From Dickeya dadantii NCPPB 898 (GTDB lineage: Bacteria > Pseudomonadota > Gammaproteobacteria > Enterobacterales > Enterobacteriaceae), in assembly GCF_000406145.1 (NCBI RefSeq), contig NZ_CM001976.1:3614232-3646231 (forward strand): a stretch of 32,000 bases of DNA. The letters run 5' to 3'. A model generated the notes under the pieces. It did no database searches. It was given only the letters and a program-made list of their open reading frames with translations, and had not been told where the DNA came from. A program made the translations under genes and the position numbers. Below are positions 1 through 9,472 of this stretch, piece by piece. How positions within the stretch are numbered: position 1 is the first letter of the stretch; each line of letters opens with the position of its first letter.

Positions 1-306
1 GTCATCCTCTCAGACCAGCTAGGGATCGTCGCCTAGGTGAGCCGTTACCTCACCTACTAGCTAATCCCATCTGGGTTCATCCGATGGCGTGAGGCCCGAA
101 GGTCCCCCACTTTGGTCTTGCGACGTTATGCGGTATTAGCTACCGTTTCCAGTAGTTATCCCCCTCCATCAGGCAGATCCCCAGACATTACTCACCCGTC
201 CGCCGCTCGCCGGCGGGGAAGCAAGCTTCCCCCGCTGCCGCTCGACTTGCATGTGTTAGGCCTGCCGCCAGCGTTCAATCTGAGCCATGATCAAACTCTT
301 CAATTT
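1..306 (-). rRNA. rrs: 16S ribosomal RNA, 5' portion (gene continues beyond the window start)
   Basis: The reverse complement of 289-306 reads AAATTGAAGAGTTTGATC. It continues ATGGCTCAGATTGAACGCTGGCGGCAGGCCTAACACATGCAAGTCGAGCGG, the canonical gammaproteobacterial 16S 5' end. The ORF at 112-372 lies inside the rRNA and is an artefact. Confidence 0.97.
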
Positions 307-451
307 AAAGTTTTGATGCTGCTTCCTAAGAAGCGGTGCTCAAAGAATTTACTGTTAGTTCGTATGAATTAACTGTTGTCACTCTTCAAGACTTTCACAT
401 AATTTTTTTAGTGAAGTGTCCTGCGAGTGCCCACACAGATTGTCTGATTGA

Positions 452-464
452 TTGTTAAAGAGCG
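452..464 (-). promoter_or_regulatory. rrn leader boxA antitermination element
   Basis: The reverse complement reads CGCTCTTTAACAA. The E. coli rrn boxA is TGCTCTTTAACAA. The element sits between the rrn promoters and the 16S 5' end. Confidence 0.8.
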
Positions 465-502
465 GTGCGACCGGCTTACAGCCTGCTGTCGCGAGGTGGC
501 GT

Positions 503-530
503 ATACTACGCCTTCCTCCTGCAGAGTCAA
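503..530 (-). promoter_or_regulatory. rrn P2 promoter
   Basis: On the minus strand: TTGACT (525-530), a 16-nt spacer, then TAGTAT (503-508). It closely resembles E. coli rrnB P2 (TTGACT...TATTAT). Confidence 0.7.
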
Positions 531-600
531 CGACTTTTTTCTCGTTTTCCCCGCCTGACACCGCGCTGCGTTTCCGCTGTTGCCGTGTCAGTGGAGGCGC

Positions 601-650
601 ATTATAGGGAGTTCTTCTGGCCTGACAAGACTAATTTTCAAAAAAAGGCC
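601..650 (-). promoter_or_regulatory. rrn P1 promoter with A/T-rich UP element
   Basis: The minus strand reads TTGTCAGGCCAGAAGAACTCCCTATAATGCGCCTCCACTG, nearly identical to E. coli rrnB P1 (-35 TTGTCA at 623-628, -10 TATAAT at 601-606, GC-rich discriminator). An A/T tract at 631-648 lies immediately upstream. Confidence 0.85.
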
Positions 651-712
651 CGACCGCTCATATTTTGAACTAAAACCTCAATTAATGGCGATTTATTACC
701 TATTCAGGTGAT

Positions 713-742
713 AAAAAAGACAAAAACCCGGCATTAGCCGGG
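713..742 (-). terminator. Intrinsic terminator of clpB
   Basis: A 6-bp stem, cccggc (727-732) / gccggg (737-742), has loop atta. On the minus strand it is followed by TTTTTGTCTTTTTT. It lies 20 nt after the clpB stop. Confidence 0.75.
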
Positions 743-762
743 CTTCATTATAAGAATAACGA

Positions 763-3336
763 TTACTGTCGAACAACAATCGCCTCGTCATCCGCGTCCA
801 GGGTAACCGGTTTGCCGGGAACCAAAGCCCCTGACAATATCTGTTGCGCCAGCGGATTCTCGATCATCTGCTGGATGGCGCGTTTCAACGGCCGGGCCCC
901 GTACACCGGATCAAAGCCGGATTTACCGAGCAATTCCAGCGCTGCGTCGGAAATCGTAACGGTATAGCCGCGCTCTTCCATCCGTTTATAGAGCCGCTGC
1001 AACTGAATCTGCGCAATTGAAGTAATATGGCTTTTCCCCAAAGGATGGAATACCACAACCTCGTCGATACGGTTGATAAACTCAGGACGGAAATGATGAC
1101 TGACGACACTCAACACCATATCGCGCATCTGGTTGTAATTCATCTCACCAAACCGTTCCTGAATCAGATCCGAGCCCAGGTTGGAAGTCATGATAACCAC
1201 CGTGTTGCGGAAATCCACTGTGCGGCCTTGTCCGTCAGTCAGGCGGCCATCATCTAATACCTGCAGTAGAATGTTGAACACGTCAGGGTGCGCTTTTTCC
1301 ACTTCATCCAACAGGATGACGGAATAAGGGCGGCGGCGTACCGCTTCGGTCAGATACCCACCTTCCTCATAACCGACATATCCCGGAGGCGCGCCCACCA
1401 AACGGGAAACCGAATGTTTCTCCATGAATTCGGACATATCAATACGAACCATGGCGTCATCGCTATCGAACAGGAACGACGCCAGCGTTTTGCACAATTC
1501 AGTTTTACCCACGCCGGTCGGCCCGAGGAACAGAAACGATCCGATAGGACGGTTGGGATCCGACAACCCGGCGCGGCTGCGGCGAATAGAATTGGCGACG
1601 GCTTCCACCGCTTCGTTCTGTCCAATCACCCGCTGGTGCAATTCCTGCTCCATGCGCAACAGTTTTTCCCGCTCGCTTTCCAGCATCCGTGAAACCGGAA
1701 TACCGGTCCAGCGGGCAAGCACTTCGGCAATCTCGGCATCTGTTACCCGATTGCGAAGCAGATGCATGGTTTTGCCTTCAACCTGTGTGGCGGCGGCCAA
1801 CTGTTTTTCCAGTTCAGGAATTTTGCCGTACTGCAATTCCGACATCCGCCCTAAATCTCCCTGGCGTCTTGCCTGTTCCAGGGAAATTTTTGCCTGCTCC
1901 AGCGCCGCCTTGATATTTTGAGTGCCCGTCAGCGATGCTTTCTCTGCTTTCCACTCTTCTTCCAGTTTTGAGTATTCGCGCTCTTTCTGCTCCAGCTCGG
2001 CATTCAGAATTTCCAGACGTTTCAGGCTGGCTTCGTCAGACTCTTTCTTCAATGCCTGCTGTTCCAGCTTCAGTTGGATAATTCGACGATCAAGGCGGTC
2101 CAGCGGCTCCGGTTTGGAGTCAATTTGCATACGGATACTGGATGCGGCTTCGTCAATAAGATCGATCGCTTTATCCGGCAATTTCCGATCGGAAATGTAG
2201 CGGTGCGATAGCATGGCCGCCGCGACAATTGCCGGATCGGTGATTTGCACGTGATGGTGCAGCTCATAGCGTTCTTTCAGACCGCGCAGAATAGCGATGG
2301 TATCTTCAACGGTCGGTTCGGCGACAAACACTTTCTGGAAACGACGTTCAAGCGCGGCATCTTTTTCAATGTATTGCCGGTATTCATCCAGCGTCGTCGC
2401 CCCTACGCAGTGCAACTCGCCGCGCGCCAGCGCAGGCTTGAGCATGTTGCCGGCATCCATCGCGCCGTCTGCCTTGCCGGCACCGACCATCGTGTGCAAT
2501 TCGTCGATAAAGAGAATAACGTTGCCTTCCTGTTTGGACAGGTCGTTCAACACGCCTTTCAGACGCTCTTCAAACTCACCGCGATATTTGGCACCCGCCA
2601 CCAGCGCGCCCATATCGAGCGCCAGCACACGTTTATTCTTCAGCCCTTCCGGAACTTCTCCATTAACGATACGCTGCGCCAGCCCTTCGACAATCGCAGT
2701 TTTCCCGACGCCAGGTTCACCGATCAAAACCGGGTTGTTTTTGGTTCTGCGCTGCAGCACCTGAATGGTGCGTCGAATTTCCTCATCACGGCCAATCACC
2801 GGGTCCAGCTTGCCTTGTTCGGCACGCTCGGTGAGATCAATCGTGAATTTTTTCAGGGCCTGACGCTGGTCCTCGGCGCTCTGCTCGTTGACCTGCTGCC
2901 CACCGCGAACCTGCTCGATAGCCTGAGTCACATTCTGCTGAGTGGCGCCTGCATTTTTTAACAGATCTCCCAATGCGCTGCGCGATTCAAATACCGCCAG
3001 CACGAATAATTCTGAAGAAATAAATGTGTCGCCCTTTTTCTGCGCCAGCTTGTCGCAGATATTGAGCGTCCGTACCAGCTCACTGGACGGTTGAACATCT
3101 CCACCGGTGCCTTCCACCTGTGGTAATCGGCTGATTGCCTGTTCAATTTCACTTTTAAGACGGCTCACATTTGCCCCAGCTGCTGTCAACAACGGGCCGA
3201 CGGTGCCCCCTTCTTGATTCAGAAGGGCACTCATCAAATGCAGCGGCTCAATAAATTGATGATCTCGTCCGAGGGCGAGAGATTGGGCATCAGCGAGGGC
3301 AAGCTGGAACTTGTTGGTAAGACGATCCAGACGCAT
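763..3336 (-). CDS. clpB: ClpB protein disaggregase (Hsp100 AAA+ chaperone)
   Basis: The ORF is collinear with E. coli ClpB over its full length, with two Walker A motifs ([16 protein letters not shown]) and a coiled-coil M domain. I place the start at [11 protein letters not shown] (ATG at 3336, 857 aa, as in E. coli), not at the ORF-track start 3348. Confidence 0.97.
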   Translation of the reverse strand: MRLDRLTNKFQLALADAQSLALGRDHQFIEPLHLMSALLNQEGGTVGPLLTAAGANVSRLKSEIEQAISRLPQVEGTGGDVQPSSELVRTLNICDKLAQKKGDTFISSELFVLAVFESRSALGDLLKNAGATQQNVTQAIEQVRGGQQVNEQSAEDQRQALKKFTIDLTERAEQGKLDPVIGRDEEIRRTIQVLQRRTKNNPVLIGEPGVGKTAIVEGLAQRIVNGEVPEGLKNKRVLALDMGALVAGAKYRGEFEERLKGVLNDLSKQEGNVILFIDELHTMVGAGKADGAMDAGNMLKPALARGELHCVGATTLDEYRQYIEKDAALERRFQKVFVAEPTVEDTIAILRGLKERYELHHHVQITDPAIVAAAMLSHRYISDRKLPDKAIDLIDEAASSIRMQIDSKPEPLDRLDRRIIQLKLEQQALKKESDEASLKRLEILNAELEQKEREYSKLEEEWKAEKASLTGTQNIKAALEQAKISLEQARRQGDLGRMSELQYGKIPELEKQLAAATQVEGKTMHLLRNRVTDAEIAEVLARWTGIPVSRMLESEREKLLRMEQELHQRVIGQNEAVEAVANSIRRSRAGLSDPNRPIGSFLFLGPTGVGKTELCKTLASFLFDSDDAMVRIDMSEFMEKHSVSRLVGAPPGYVGYEEGGYLTEAVRRRPYSVILLDEVEKAHPDVFNILLQVLDDGRLTDGQGRTVDFRNTVVIMTSNLGSDLIQERFGEMNYNQMRDMVLSVVSHHFRPEFINRIDEVVVFHPLGKSHITSIAQIQLQRLYKRMEERGYTVTISDAALELLGKSGFDPVYGARPLKRAIQQMIENPLAQQILSGALVPGKPVTLDADDEAIVVRQ

Positions 3337-3375
3337 AACTCCTCCCATACATACTGGTCAAAATTGCTACTGGAG

Positions 3376-3406
3376 ATTAAGTGAGGTCATCCCTCAAAAA
3401 TTCAAG
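3376..3406 (-). promoter_or_regulatory. Sigma32 (heat-shock) type promoter of clpB
   Basis: The minus strand reads CTTGAATTTTTGAGGGATGACCTCACTTAAT. CTTGAAT matches the sigma32 -35 consensus (CTTGAAA) and CCTCACTTAAT resembles the -10 (CCCCATNT). It matches my recollection of the E. coli clpB promoter. Confidence 0.6.
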
Positions 3407-3471
3407 ATTATTTTGCCAGTAATAATAGAAGGAAAAACGTTAATCCCTCCGGATCGTCTTAATTCAATAGG

Positions 3472-4197
3472 TTATATCAGCCAAACCAAAGTTGCCATAC
3501 GTCCGGTCGTTCCATCGCGTCGATAGGAGAAAAACCGGCCTGCGTCGCTGACCGTACAGTCGTTGCCGCCGAACACCTGGCTGACGCCAGCGGCCTGTAA
3601 GCGTAAACGGGCCAACTGGTAAATATCGGCGAGGAATTTACCATTGCGGGGGATAAAAGCGCAATCGGCGGCGGGATCGCCCTGCATAAAAGCCTCGCGC
3701 ACCTCACCCCCGACTTCGAATTGCTGCGGGCCGATCGCCGGCCCCATCCAGGCCAGAATGTCGGCCGGACGAGCGCGGAAATGACGTAGCGTCTGTTCCA
3801 GCACACCAGCCTGCAAGCCGCGCCAGCCGGCATGCACCGCAGCCACTTCCCTGCCATCGGCAGAGCAGAACAGCACCGGCAGACAATCGGCCGTCATTAC
3901 CGCACAGACGCGATCCTTGCGGGTGGTATAGGCGGCATCGCCTGTCAGCGAAGCAGGCGATGCCTGATCGAGATTAATCACCTGAGTGCCATGTACTTGC
4001 TCCAGCCAGTGCGGCATTGTCGGCAATCCGGCCGCGGCGACCAGACGTTGCCGGTTGTCCTGCACATGCAGCGGATCGTCGCCCACATGATTACCCAGAT
4101 TGAGCGAGTTATACGGCACGCCGCTGACGCCGCCAAGGCGAGTGGTGCTACAGGCTCGCACCGTCGCCGGTGCAGGCCAGTCAGGTATTAACATCAT
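3472..4197 (-). CDS. pgeF: Peptidoglycan editing factor / purine nucleoside phosphorylase YfiH family (DUF152)
   Basis: The protein is collinear with E. coli YfiH (LIPDWPAP..., CAVMTADCLPVLFC, AAVHAGWRGL, FFSYRRD...GRMA..WLI). The start is probably one of the MML methionines (4197 or 4194); the ORF track extends it to 4227, overlapping rluD. Confidence 0.9.
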   Translation of the reverse strand: MMLIPDWPAPATVRACSTTRLGGVSGVPYNSLNLGNHVGDDPLHVQDNRQRLVAAAGLPTMPHWLEQVHGTQVINLDQASPASLTGDAAYTTRKDRVCAVMTADCLPVLFCSADGREVAAVHAGWRGLQAGVLEQTLRHFRARPADILAWMGPAIGPQQFEVGGEVREAFMQGDPAADCAFIPRNGKFLADIYQLARLRLQAAGVSQVFGGNDCTVSDAGRFFSYRRDGTTGRMATLVWLI

Positions 4198-4216
4198 GTT
4201 GCCAGGCGCCATGCCA

Positions 4217-5194
4217 TCACCAGTCAAGTTGATCTTTAAACGCGTCGGTATCCGCTTTCAGGGCGGCAATCAGTTCTACCATATCCTGCGGCAATGGGGC
4301 ATGCCACTCCATCTCGATACCGCTGATAGGATGATACAAGCGCAACATGGTGGCGTGCAGCGCCTGACGATCAAAATTGCGCAGCGTCTCGATAAATGCC
4401 TCGGAAGCGCCTTTGGGCAAACGCGGACGACCGCCATACAACGGGTCGCCCACCAGCGGATGGTTGATGTGCGCCATGTGGACGCGAATCTGGTGGGTTC
4501 GGCCTGTTTCCAGCCGCAAACGCAGGCGAGTATGAGCACGGAAATGTTCCATGATGCGATAATGCGTCACGGCCGGTTTTCCCATTGGGTGCACCGCCAT
4601 GTGCGTGCGTTTGGTGGAGTGACGGGCAATCGGCTCTTCCACCGTACCGCCGGCCGTCATCGTGCCGATCGCCACCGCTTCATATTCACGGGTGATTTCA
4701 CGCGCCTGCAGCGACTCCACCAGCCGGGTCTGGGCCGGCACAGTTTTGGCCACCACCATCAGACCGGTGGTGTCCTTATCCAGACGGTGAACAATCCCCG
4801 CACGCGGCACATCGACAATCTCCGGATAGTGATGCAGCAACGCGTTCAGCACGGTGCCGTCAGGGTTACCGGCGCCAGGATGCACCACCAAATCGCGCGG
4901 TTTATTGATCACCAGAATGTCCTCGTCTTCATAGACGATATCCAGCGAGATCGGCTGCGCTTCCCAGCGGGCGTCTTCTTCGATCAAAGCATCGATAGCG
5001 ACAGACTCCCCGCCAAGCACTTTCTCTTTTGGTTTATCCACCATCTTGCCGTTAATCTGTACCCGTTGTTCCAAAATCCACGTTTTTATGCGTGAGCGTG
5101 AATAATCAGGGAACAATTCGGCCAAAGCCTGATCTAAACGTTGTCCAAGTTGAGATTCGGCCACCGTCGCGGTGAGTTGTACTTGTTGGGACAT
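4217..5194 (-). CDS. rluD: 23S rRNA pseudouridine 1911/1915/1917 synthase RluD
   Basis: The 325-aa protein is nearly collinear with E. coli RluD. It has an S4 domain at the N-terminus and the HRLDKDTTGLMVVAK catalytic motif. Position between pgeF and bamD is conserved. Confidence 0.96.
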   Translation of the reverse strand: MSQQVQLTATVAESQLGQRLDQALAELFPDYSRSRIKTWILEQRVQINGKMVDKPKEKVLGGESVAIDALIEEDARWEAQPISLDIVYEDEDILVINKPRDLVVHPGAGNPDGTVLNALLHHYPEIVDVPRAGIVHRLDKDTTGLMVVAKTVPAQTRLVESLQAREITREYEAVAIGTMTAGGTVEEPIARHSTKRTHMAVHPMGKPAVTHYRIMEHFRAHTRLRLRLETGRTHQIRVHMAHINHPLVGDPLYGGRPRLPKGASEAFIETLRNFDRQALHATMLRLYHPISGIEMEWHAPLPQDMVELIAALKADTDAFKDQLDW

Positions 5195-5327
5195 AGTATG
5201 CTGCTTCTTATTAACGTTGGGTTTTAACGGCGATGCCGTTTAAAATAATGTACCATTGTAGCTGGTCTTAATCGGGAGCTTAACGGACAGTTTCCCGGAA
5301 AAACACTCTGAGGATAATCAAATCGTC

Positions 5328-6062
5328 ATGACGCGTATGAAATACCTGGTGGCTGCTGCCACGTTGAGCCTGACGCTGGCTGGTTGCTCCAATTCCAAAG
5401 ATGCGGTTCCCGACCGTCCACCTTCAGAACTGTATGCCACCGCCCAGGAGAAACTGCAGGACGGCAACTTTAAAGCCGCCATCACGCAGTTGGAAGCGCT
5501 GGATAACCGTTATCCATTCGGCCCTTACTCCCAGCAGGTCCAGTTGGACCTGATTTACGCCTATTACAAATCCGCCGAGTTGCCGTTGGCTCAGGCGTCG
5601 ATCGATCGCTTCATCCGCCTGAACCCGACGCACCCGAACGTAGACTATGTTCTCTATATGCGCGGGCTGACTAACATGGCGCAGGATGACAGCACGTTGC
5701 AAGGCTTCTTCGGCGTCGATCGTTCAGACCGCGATCCTCAGTATGCTCGCTCAGCGTTTAAAGCTTTCAGCCAGTTGCTTCAGGGCTACCCGAACAGCCA
5801 ATACGCCACGGACACCAGCAAGCGCCTGGCATTCCTGAAAGAACGTCTGGCCAAGTATGAGCTTTCTGTCGCACAGTATTACACGAAACGCGGCGCTTAT
5901 GTCGCCGTGGTTAACCGCGTAGAACAAATGCTGAAGGACTATCCGGATACGCAGGCAACGCGCACCGCGCTGCCGCTGATGGAAAATGCCTATCGGGAAC
6001 TGCAATTGACTGCGCAGGCCGACAAGGTGGCTAAAATCATCGCCGCCAACCCCTCTGCCTGA
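5328..6062 (+). CDS. bamD: Outer membrane protein assembly factor BamD (lipoprotein, TPR-like)
   Basis: The N-terminus [21 protein letters not shown] carries an LAGC lipobox. The remainder is highly similar to E. coli BamD (YfiO, 245 aa). Confidence 0.96.
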   Translation: MTRMKYLVAAATLSLTLAGCSNSKDAVPDRPPSELYATAQEKLQDGNFKAAITQLEALDNRYPFGPYSQQVQLDLIYAYYKSAELPLAQASIDRFIRLNPTHPNVDYVLYMRGLTNMAQDDSTLQGFFGVDRSDRDPQYARSAFKAFSQLLQGYPNSQYATDTSKRLAFLKERLAKYELSVAQYYTKRGAYVAVVNRVEQMLKDYPDTQATRTALPLMENAYRELQLTAQADKVAKIIAANPSA

Positions 6063-6086
6063 CGAGACGCCTGAAATCCTATTACT

Positions 6087-6111
6087 ACGGCAACTTCGGT
6101 TGCCGTTTTTT
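6087..6111 (+). terminator. Intrinsic terminator after bamD
   Basis: Stem acggcaac (6087-6094), loop ttcg, stem gttgccgt (6099-6106), followed by TTTTT. Confidence 0.8.
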
Positions 6112-6291
6112 CGCTCTGTCTTCTCGACCTGTTTCTTCAATCTATAGCCGGTCATCCTGAATGTAACCGGATAATCCCGCCAATACATCCAATAGATAAT
6201 GGCACAGCCCTGACAAGGCGACAAGCGCGCCGCGCCGGTTCCCCAAAGCCGCTCACAAATCAATTCATATGACGGAAAAGTGACCAGAAAA

Positions 6292-6307
6292 GGTGATCAA
6301 AATCACC
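6292..6307. promoter_or_regulatory. CRP-like palindrome upstream of raiA
   Basis: GGTGATCAAAATCACC contains GTGA-N6-TCAC, the core of the CRP consensus TGTGA-N6-TCACA. It lies about 70 nt upstream of the raiA start. As I recall it, raiA is cAMP-CRP activated in E. coli. Confidence 0.45.
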
Positions 6308-6373
6308 CAATTTGCATCGACTAGGGGTATGCTGAAATCACCCAAGACGGAAAAGGCAGAGAGGTAAGTTTTT

Positions 6374-6709
6374 ATGACTATCAACATTACCAGCAAGCAG
6401 ATGGATATTACCCCCGCAATACGTCAGCATGTCGAAGACCGTCTCAGCAAACTGGATAAATGGCAGACTCAGCTGATTAATCCGCACATTATCCTGTCTA
6501 AAGAGCCACAGGGTTTTGTGGTCGACGCCACCATCAGTACGCCCAATGGCCCATTGGTGGCAAGCGCCAAACACGAAGATATGTATACCGCTGTCAATGA
6601 GCTCATTACAAAACTGGAACGACAGCTGAACAAGGTCCAGCACAAAGGCGAAGCTCGCCGTGCGGACAGTTGCATCAAAGATGTCAATCTGCAGGCCTCG
6701 GCAGAATAA
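6374..6709 (+). CDS. raiA: Ribosome-associated translation inhibitor RaiA (YfiA / protein Y)
   Basis: The 111-aa protein ([24 protein letters not shown]...) is almost collinear with E. coli RaiA (113 aa). An SD (GAGAGG) lies upstream. Confidence 0.95.
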   Translation: MTINITSKQMDITPAIRQHVEDRLSKLDKWQTQLINPHIILSKEPQGFVVDATISTPNGPLVASAKHEDMYTAVNELITKLERQLNKVQHKGEARRADSCIKDVNLQASAE

Positions 6710-6771
6710 CCGTTCGGATGGCGCAACCGCCGCGTCTCCAGCTTTAATGACAGATTCTGTCCGTTGCCTGA

Positions 6772-6796
6772 AACGCGCCGCAAGGCGCGTTTTTTA
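6772..6796 (+). terminator. Intrinsic terminator after raiA
   Basis: Stem aacgcgcc (6772-6779), loop gcaa, stem ggcgcgtt (6784-6791), followed by TTTTT. Confidence 0.85.
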
Positions 6797-6860
6797 CGGT
6801 TCGAGTTTCCCCTTCCTTGATAGACCGACGTTGCGCGTTGCGGCTCCCGGCGATTTTGTA

Positions 6861-6889
6861 TTGACAGGATGAAAAGGCAACAGTTACCT
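6861..6889 (+). promoter_or_regulatory. Candidate sigma70 promoter of the pheL-pheA operon
   Basis: A perfect -35 TTGACA (6861-6866) precedes a weak -10 (TACCTT with an 18-nt spacer). It lies about 35 nt upstream of pheL. Confidence 0.4.
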
Positions 6890-6920
6890 TAATCAACATT
6901 CTCAACAAGGATTTGGTGAC

Positions 6921-6992
6921 ATGACGCCACAACCGTTCTTCTTCGTATTCTTTTTTACTCTCCCCGATGCGGGGGGGCGATTTGTCGTGTGA
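6921..6992 (+). CDS. pheL: pheA operon leader peptide (Phe-rich)
   Basis: ATG at 6921 encodes MTPQPFFFVFFFTLPDAGGRFVV* (23 codons). Six of seven consecutive codons (6936-6956) are Phe, plus one later Phe. An SD-like GGTGA lies 2 nt upstream of the ATG (6915-6919). The peptide sits directly upstream of the attenuator hairpin and pheA, as in E. coli pheL ([15 protein letters not shown]). Confidence 0.85.
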   Translation: MTPQPFFFVFFFTLPDAGGRFVV

Positions 6993-7016
6993 GTAAGAAT
7001 ACGAAGACGAACAAAA

Positions 7017-7046
7017 AAGCCTCCTGAAATCAGGAGGCTTTTTTAT
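7017..7046 (+). terminator. pheA attenuator (leader intrinsic terminator)
   Basis: Stem agcctcctg (7018-7026), loop aaat, stem caggaggct (7031-7039), followed by TTTTTT. An alternative pairing exists between the Phe-codon segment gttcttcttcgtattctt (about 6934-6951) and aagaatacgaagacgaac (about 6995-7012), with one mismatch. This is the classic attenuation architecture. Confidence 0.88.
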
Positions 7047-7069
7047 TGGACAGCAAACAGGTACACACC

Positions 7070-8227
7070 ATGACCGATAACCCATTACTGGCGCTGCGCG
7101 AGCGCATTACCGCGCTGGATATGCAACTGCTCGAACTGTTGGCGCAACGAAGGGAGCTGGCGCTGGATGTAGCGCGGGCCAAACAGCATTCCCATCGACC
7201 CATTCGCGATAAAGAGCGCGAGCGGGATTTACTGTCCCGGCTGGCGGAAGAAGGTAAAAAGCGGCAGCTCGACGGTCACTACATTACCCGTCTGTTCCAG
7301 TTGATTATCGAAGATTCGGTGCTGACCCAGCAGGCGCTGCTGCAACAGCACCTCAATTCTGGCGCGTCGCATTCCGCTCGCGTCGCTTTTCTGGGCCCCA
7401 AAGGCTCTTACTCTCATTTGGCCGCTCGCCAGTATGCCGCGCGCCATTTTGATCAGATTATTGAATGCGGCTGCCAGCGTTTTCAGGACATCATCAACCT
7501 GGTGGAAACCGGCCAGGCTGATTACGCCGTGCTGCCGATAGAGAACACCAGTTCAGGTTCGATCAACGATGTCTACGACCTGCTGCAGCACACCGGGTTA
7601 TCCATCGTCGGTGAGCTGACCACGCCTATTGACCATTGCGTGCTGGTCGCCGTGGAGACGCAACTGGACCAGATCCAAACCGTTTACAGCCACCCACAGC
7701 CTTTCCAGCAGTGCAGCCATTTCATCAACCGTTTCCCGCACTGGAAGATCGAGTACTGCGAAAGCACCGCCGCCGCCATGGCGAAAGTCGCCGAGCTCAA
7801 TTCCCCGCATGCCGCCGCGCTGGGCAGCGAAGCCGGTGGAATGCTTTATCAGTTGCAGGTGCTGGAACACAATCTGGCCAATCAGGCACAGAACATCACC
7901 CGATTCATCGTACTGGCCCGCAAGCCGATTGACGTCACCGAACAAGTGCCAGCCAAAACCACCTTAATCATGGCTACCGGACAGCAATCCGGCGCACTGG
8001 TGGAAGCGCTGCTGGTCCTGCGCGAGCACGGCATCGTGATGACAAAACTGGAGTCGCGGCCGATAAACGGCAATCCGTGGGAAGAGATGTTTTATATCGA
8101 CGTGCAGGCCAATCTGCGCAACGACAATACCCGTAAAGCGCTGCAAGGACTGGCCGCCATTACCCGCTCGCTCAAGGTGTTGGGTTGCTACCCCAGCGAA
8201 AATGTGGTGCCGGTGGAACCGGCATAA
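7070..8227 (+). CDS. pheA: Bifunctional chorismate mutase / prephenate dehydratase (P-protein)
   Basis: From ATG 7070 ([17 protein letters not shown]...) the 385-aa protein is collinear with E. coli PheA (386 aa), including the ACT domain at the C-terminus. The ORF-track TTG start at 7046 lies inside the attenuator terminator and I reject it. Confidence 0.96.
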   Translation: MTDNPLLALRERITALDMQLLELLAQRRELALDVARAKQHSHRPIRDKERERDLLSRLAEEGKKRQLDGHYITRLFQLIIEDSVLTQQALLQQHLNSGASHSARVAFLGPKGSYSHLAARQYAARHFDQIIECGCQRFQDIINLVETGQADYAVLPIENTSSGSINDVYDLLQHTGLSIVGELTTPIDHCVLVAVETQLDQIQTVYSHPQPFQQCSHFINRFPHWKIEYCESTAAAMAKVAELNSPHAAALGSEAGGMLYQLQVLEHNLANQAQNITRFIVLARKPIDVTEQVPAKTTLIMATGQQSGALVEALLVLREHGIVMTKLESRPINGNPWEEMFYIDVQANLRNDNTRKALQGLAAITRSLKVLGCYPSENVVPVEPA

Positions 8228-8276
8228 CCCACATCGCATCAGGGGCCGCCAGGAGATAAACTCCGCTCCCGGCAAT

Positions 8277-8311
8277 AAAAAAAGCCACCATCAACAGCGA
8301 GGGTGGCTTTT
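8277..8311. terminator. Shared terminator between convergent pheA and tyrA
   Basis: An A7 run precedes stem agccacc (8283-8289), a 12-nt loop, stem ggtggct (8302-8308) and TTTT. The A/T runs on both sides are compatible with bidirectional function. The large loop lowers confidence. Confidence 0.55.
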
Positions 8312-8338
8312 CAGAAAACGGTTAGGATATCCCCAGAA

Positions 8339-9460
8339 CTACTGGCGAATATCGTTAGCCTGACGCAGCAGGGTACGGCTTTCCGCCATGAATCGCCGCG
8401 AATAATCGCCAAACCAGTGTTCGACTTTCTTGAAGCTGCTGACAAACGCGGCTTTATCTCCCGCTTCCAGCAATGCAATCGCCTCGCCAAAACGCTGGTA
8501 GTAACGCTTGATCAATGCCAGATTGCTGCCGGAAGACATGATGATATCGGCATAGAGTTGCGGGTCTTGCGCGAACAACCGCCCCACCATTGCCAGTTCA
8601 AGCCGGTATATCGGCGAAGAAAGCGCCAGCAATTGTTCCAACTGCACGTTTTCTTCCGCCAGATGTACACCATAAGCAAACGTCGCGAAATGACGCAGCG
8701 CCTGAATGAACGCCATGTTTTGGTCGTGTTCCACCGCGCTGGTGCGATGCAACCGGGCGCCCCATACCTGGATCTGCTCCAGCAACCACTGATAGGCCTC
8801 TGGCTGGCGCCCATCACAATACACAACAACCTGTTTGGCCAGGCTGCCGATATCCGGACCGAACATTGGGTGCAACCCCAGCACCGGCCCCTGATGTGCC
8901 GCCAGCATCGCCTGCAGCGGACCATTCTTGACCGACGCCAAATCCACCAAAATACAGTCATCCGGCAATCGAGGCAGTTGGGCAATAACCTGTTCGGTGA
9001 CATGGATCGGCACGCTGACGATCACCATGCCGGCATCCGCCAGCAGAGACTCCGCCTGCGGCCAGTCTTCCTGTTCCAGGATACGTACCTGATAGCCGGA
9101 CAGCGTCAACATTCGGTCAAACAGGCGGCCCATCTGACCGCGCCCTCCCACAATCACAATCGGGCGCAGCGACGGATAGAGTGTTTTAAACCCTTTGTCA
9201 TTCTCGCTGGCGTAGGACTCCCGCATCACCCGACGCAGAACATCCTCAATCAAATCCGGGGGAACGCCCAGCGTTTCCGCTTCCTTACGTCGTGAACTCA
9301 GCATCGCTGCTTCCCGATCAGGCGCATAAATTGGCAGACCATAACGGCTCTTTACCTCGCCGACTTCCGCCACCAGACGCAGCCGACGCGACAACAACGC
9401 CAATAATGCTTTATCTACCTCATCTATCTGATCACGCAATGCGGTCAGTTCAGCGACCAT
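8339..9460 (-). CDS. tyrA: Bifunctional chorismate mutase / prephenate dehydrogenase (T-protein)
   Basis: The protein is 373 aa, the same length as E. coli TyrA, and nearly collinear with it ([20 protein letters not shown]...). Confidence 0.97.
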   Translation of the reverse strand: MVAELTALRDQIDEVDKALLALLSRRLRLVAEVGEVKSRYGLPIYAPDREAAMLSSRRKEAETLGVPPDLIEDVLRRVMRESYASENDKGFKTLYPSLRPIVIVGGRGQMGRLFDRMLTLSGYQVRILEQEDWPQAESLLADAGMVIVSVPIHVTEQVIAQLPRLPDDCILVDLASVKNGPLQAMLAAHQGPVLGLHPMFGPDIGSLAKQVVVYCDGRQPEAYQWLLEQIQVWGARLHRTSAVEHDQNMAFIQALRHFATFAYGVHLAEENVQLEQLLALSSPIYRLELAMVGRLFAQDPQLYADIIMSSGSNLALIKRYYQRFGEAIALLEAGDKAAFVSSFKKVEHWFGDYSRRFMAESRTLLRQANDIRQ

Positions 9461-9472
9461 CTGTTCTTCTCC

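Noticed and set aside
112-668. ORFs at 112-372, 379-561 and 465-668.
   Set aside because: They lie inside the 16S rRNA gene and the rrn leader/promoter region.
4100-5095. Long ORFs antisense to real genes: 4100-5095 (rluD), 8303-9295 (tyrA), 22699-23805 (alaS), 25581-26600 (recA), 15696-16463 (ffh), 2245-2961 (clpB), 17553-18053 (luxS) and others.
   Set aside because: These are shadow ORFs opposite highly conserved genes. Their translations are Arg/His/Gln-rich and low in complexity, with no recognisable domains.
7046-7069. ORF-track N-terminal extensions: pheA TTG 7046, trmD 14154, rpsP 15026, rimM 14708, clpB 3348, pncC 27471, b561 30648 and SRPBCC 29354.
   Set aside because: The extensions are non-homologous to the E. 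coli orthologues. They overlap terminators, upstream genes or regulatory sites, and better-placed start codons with SDs exist.
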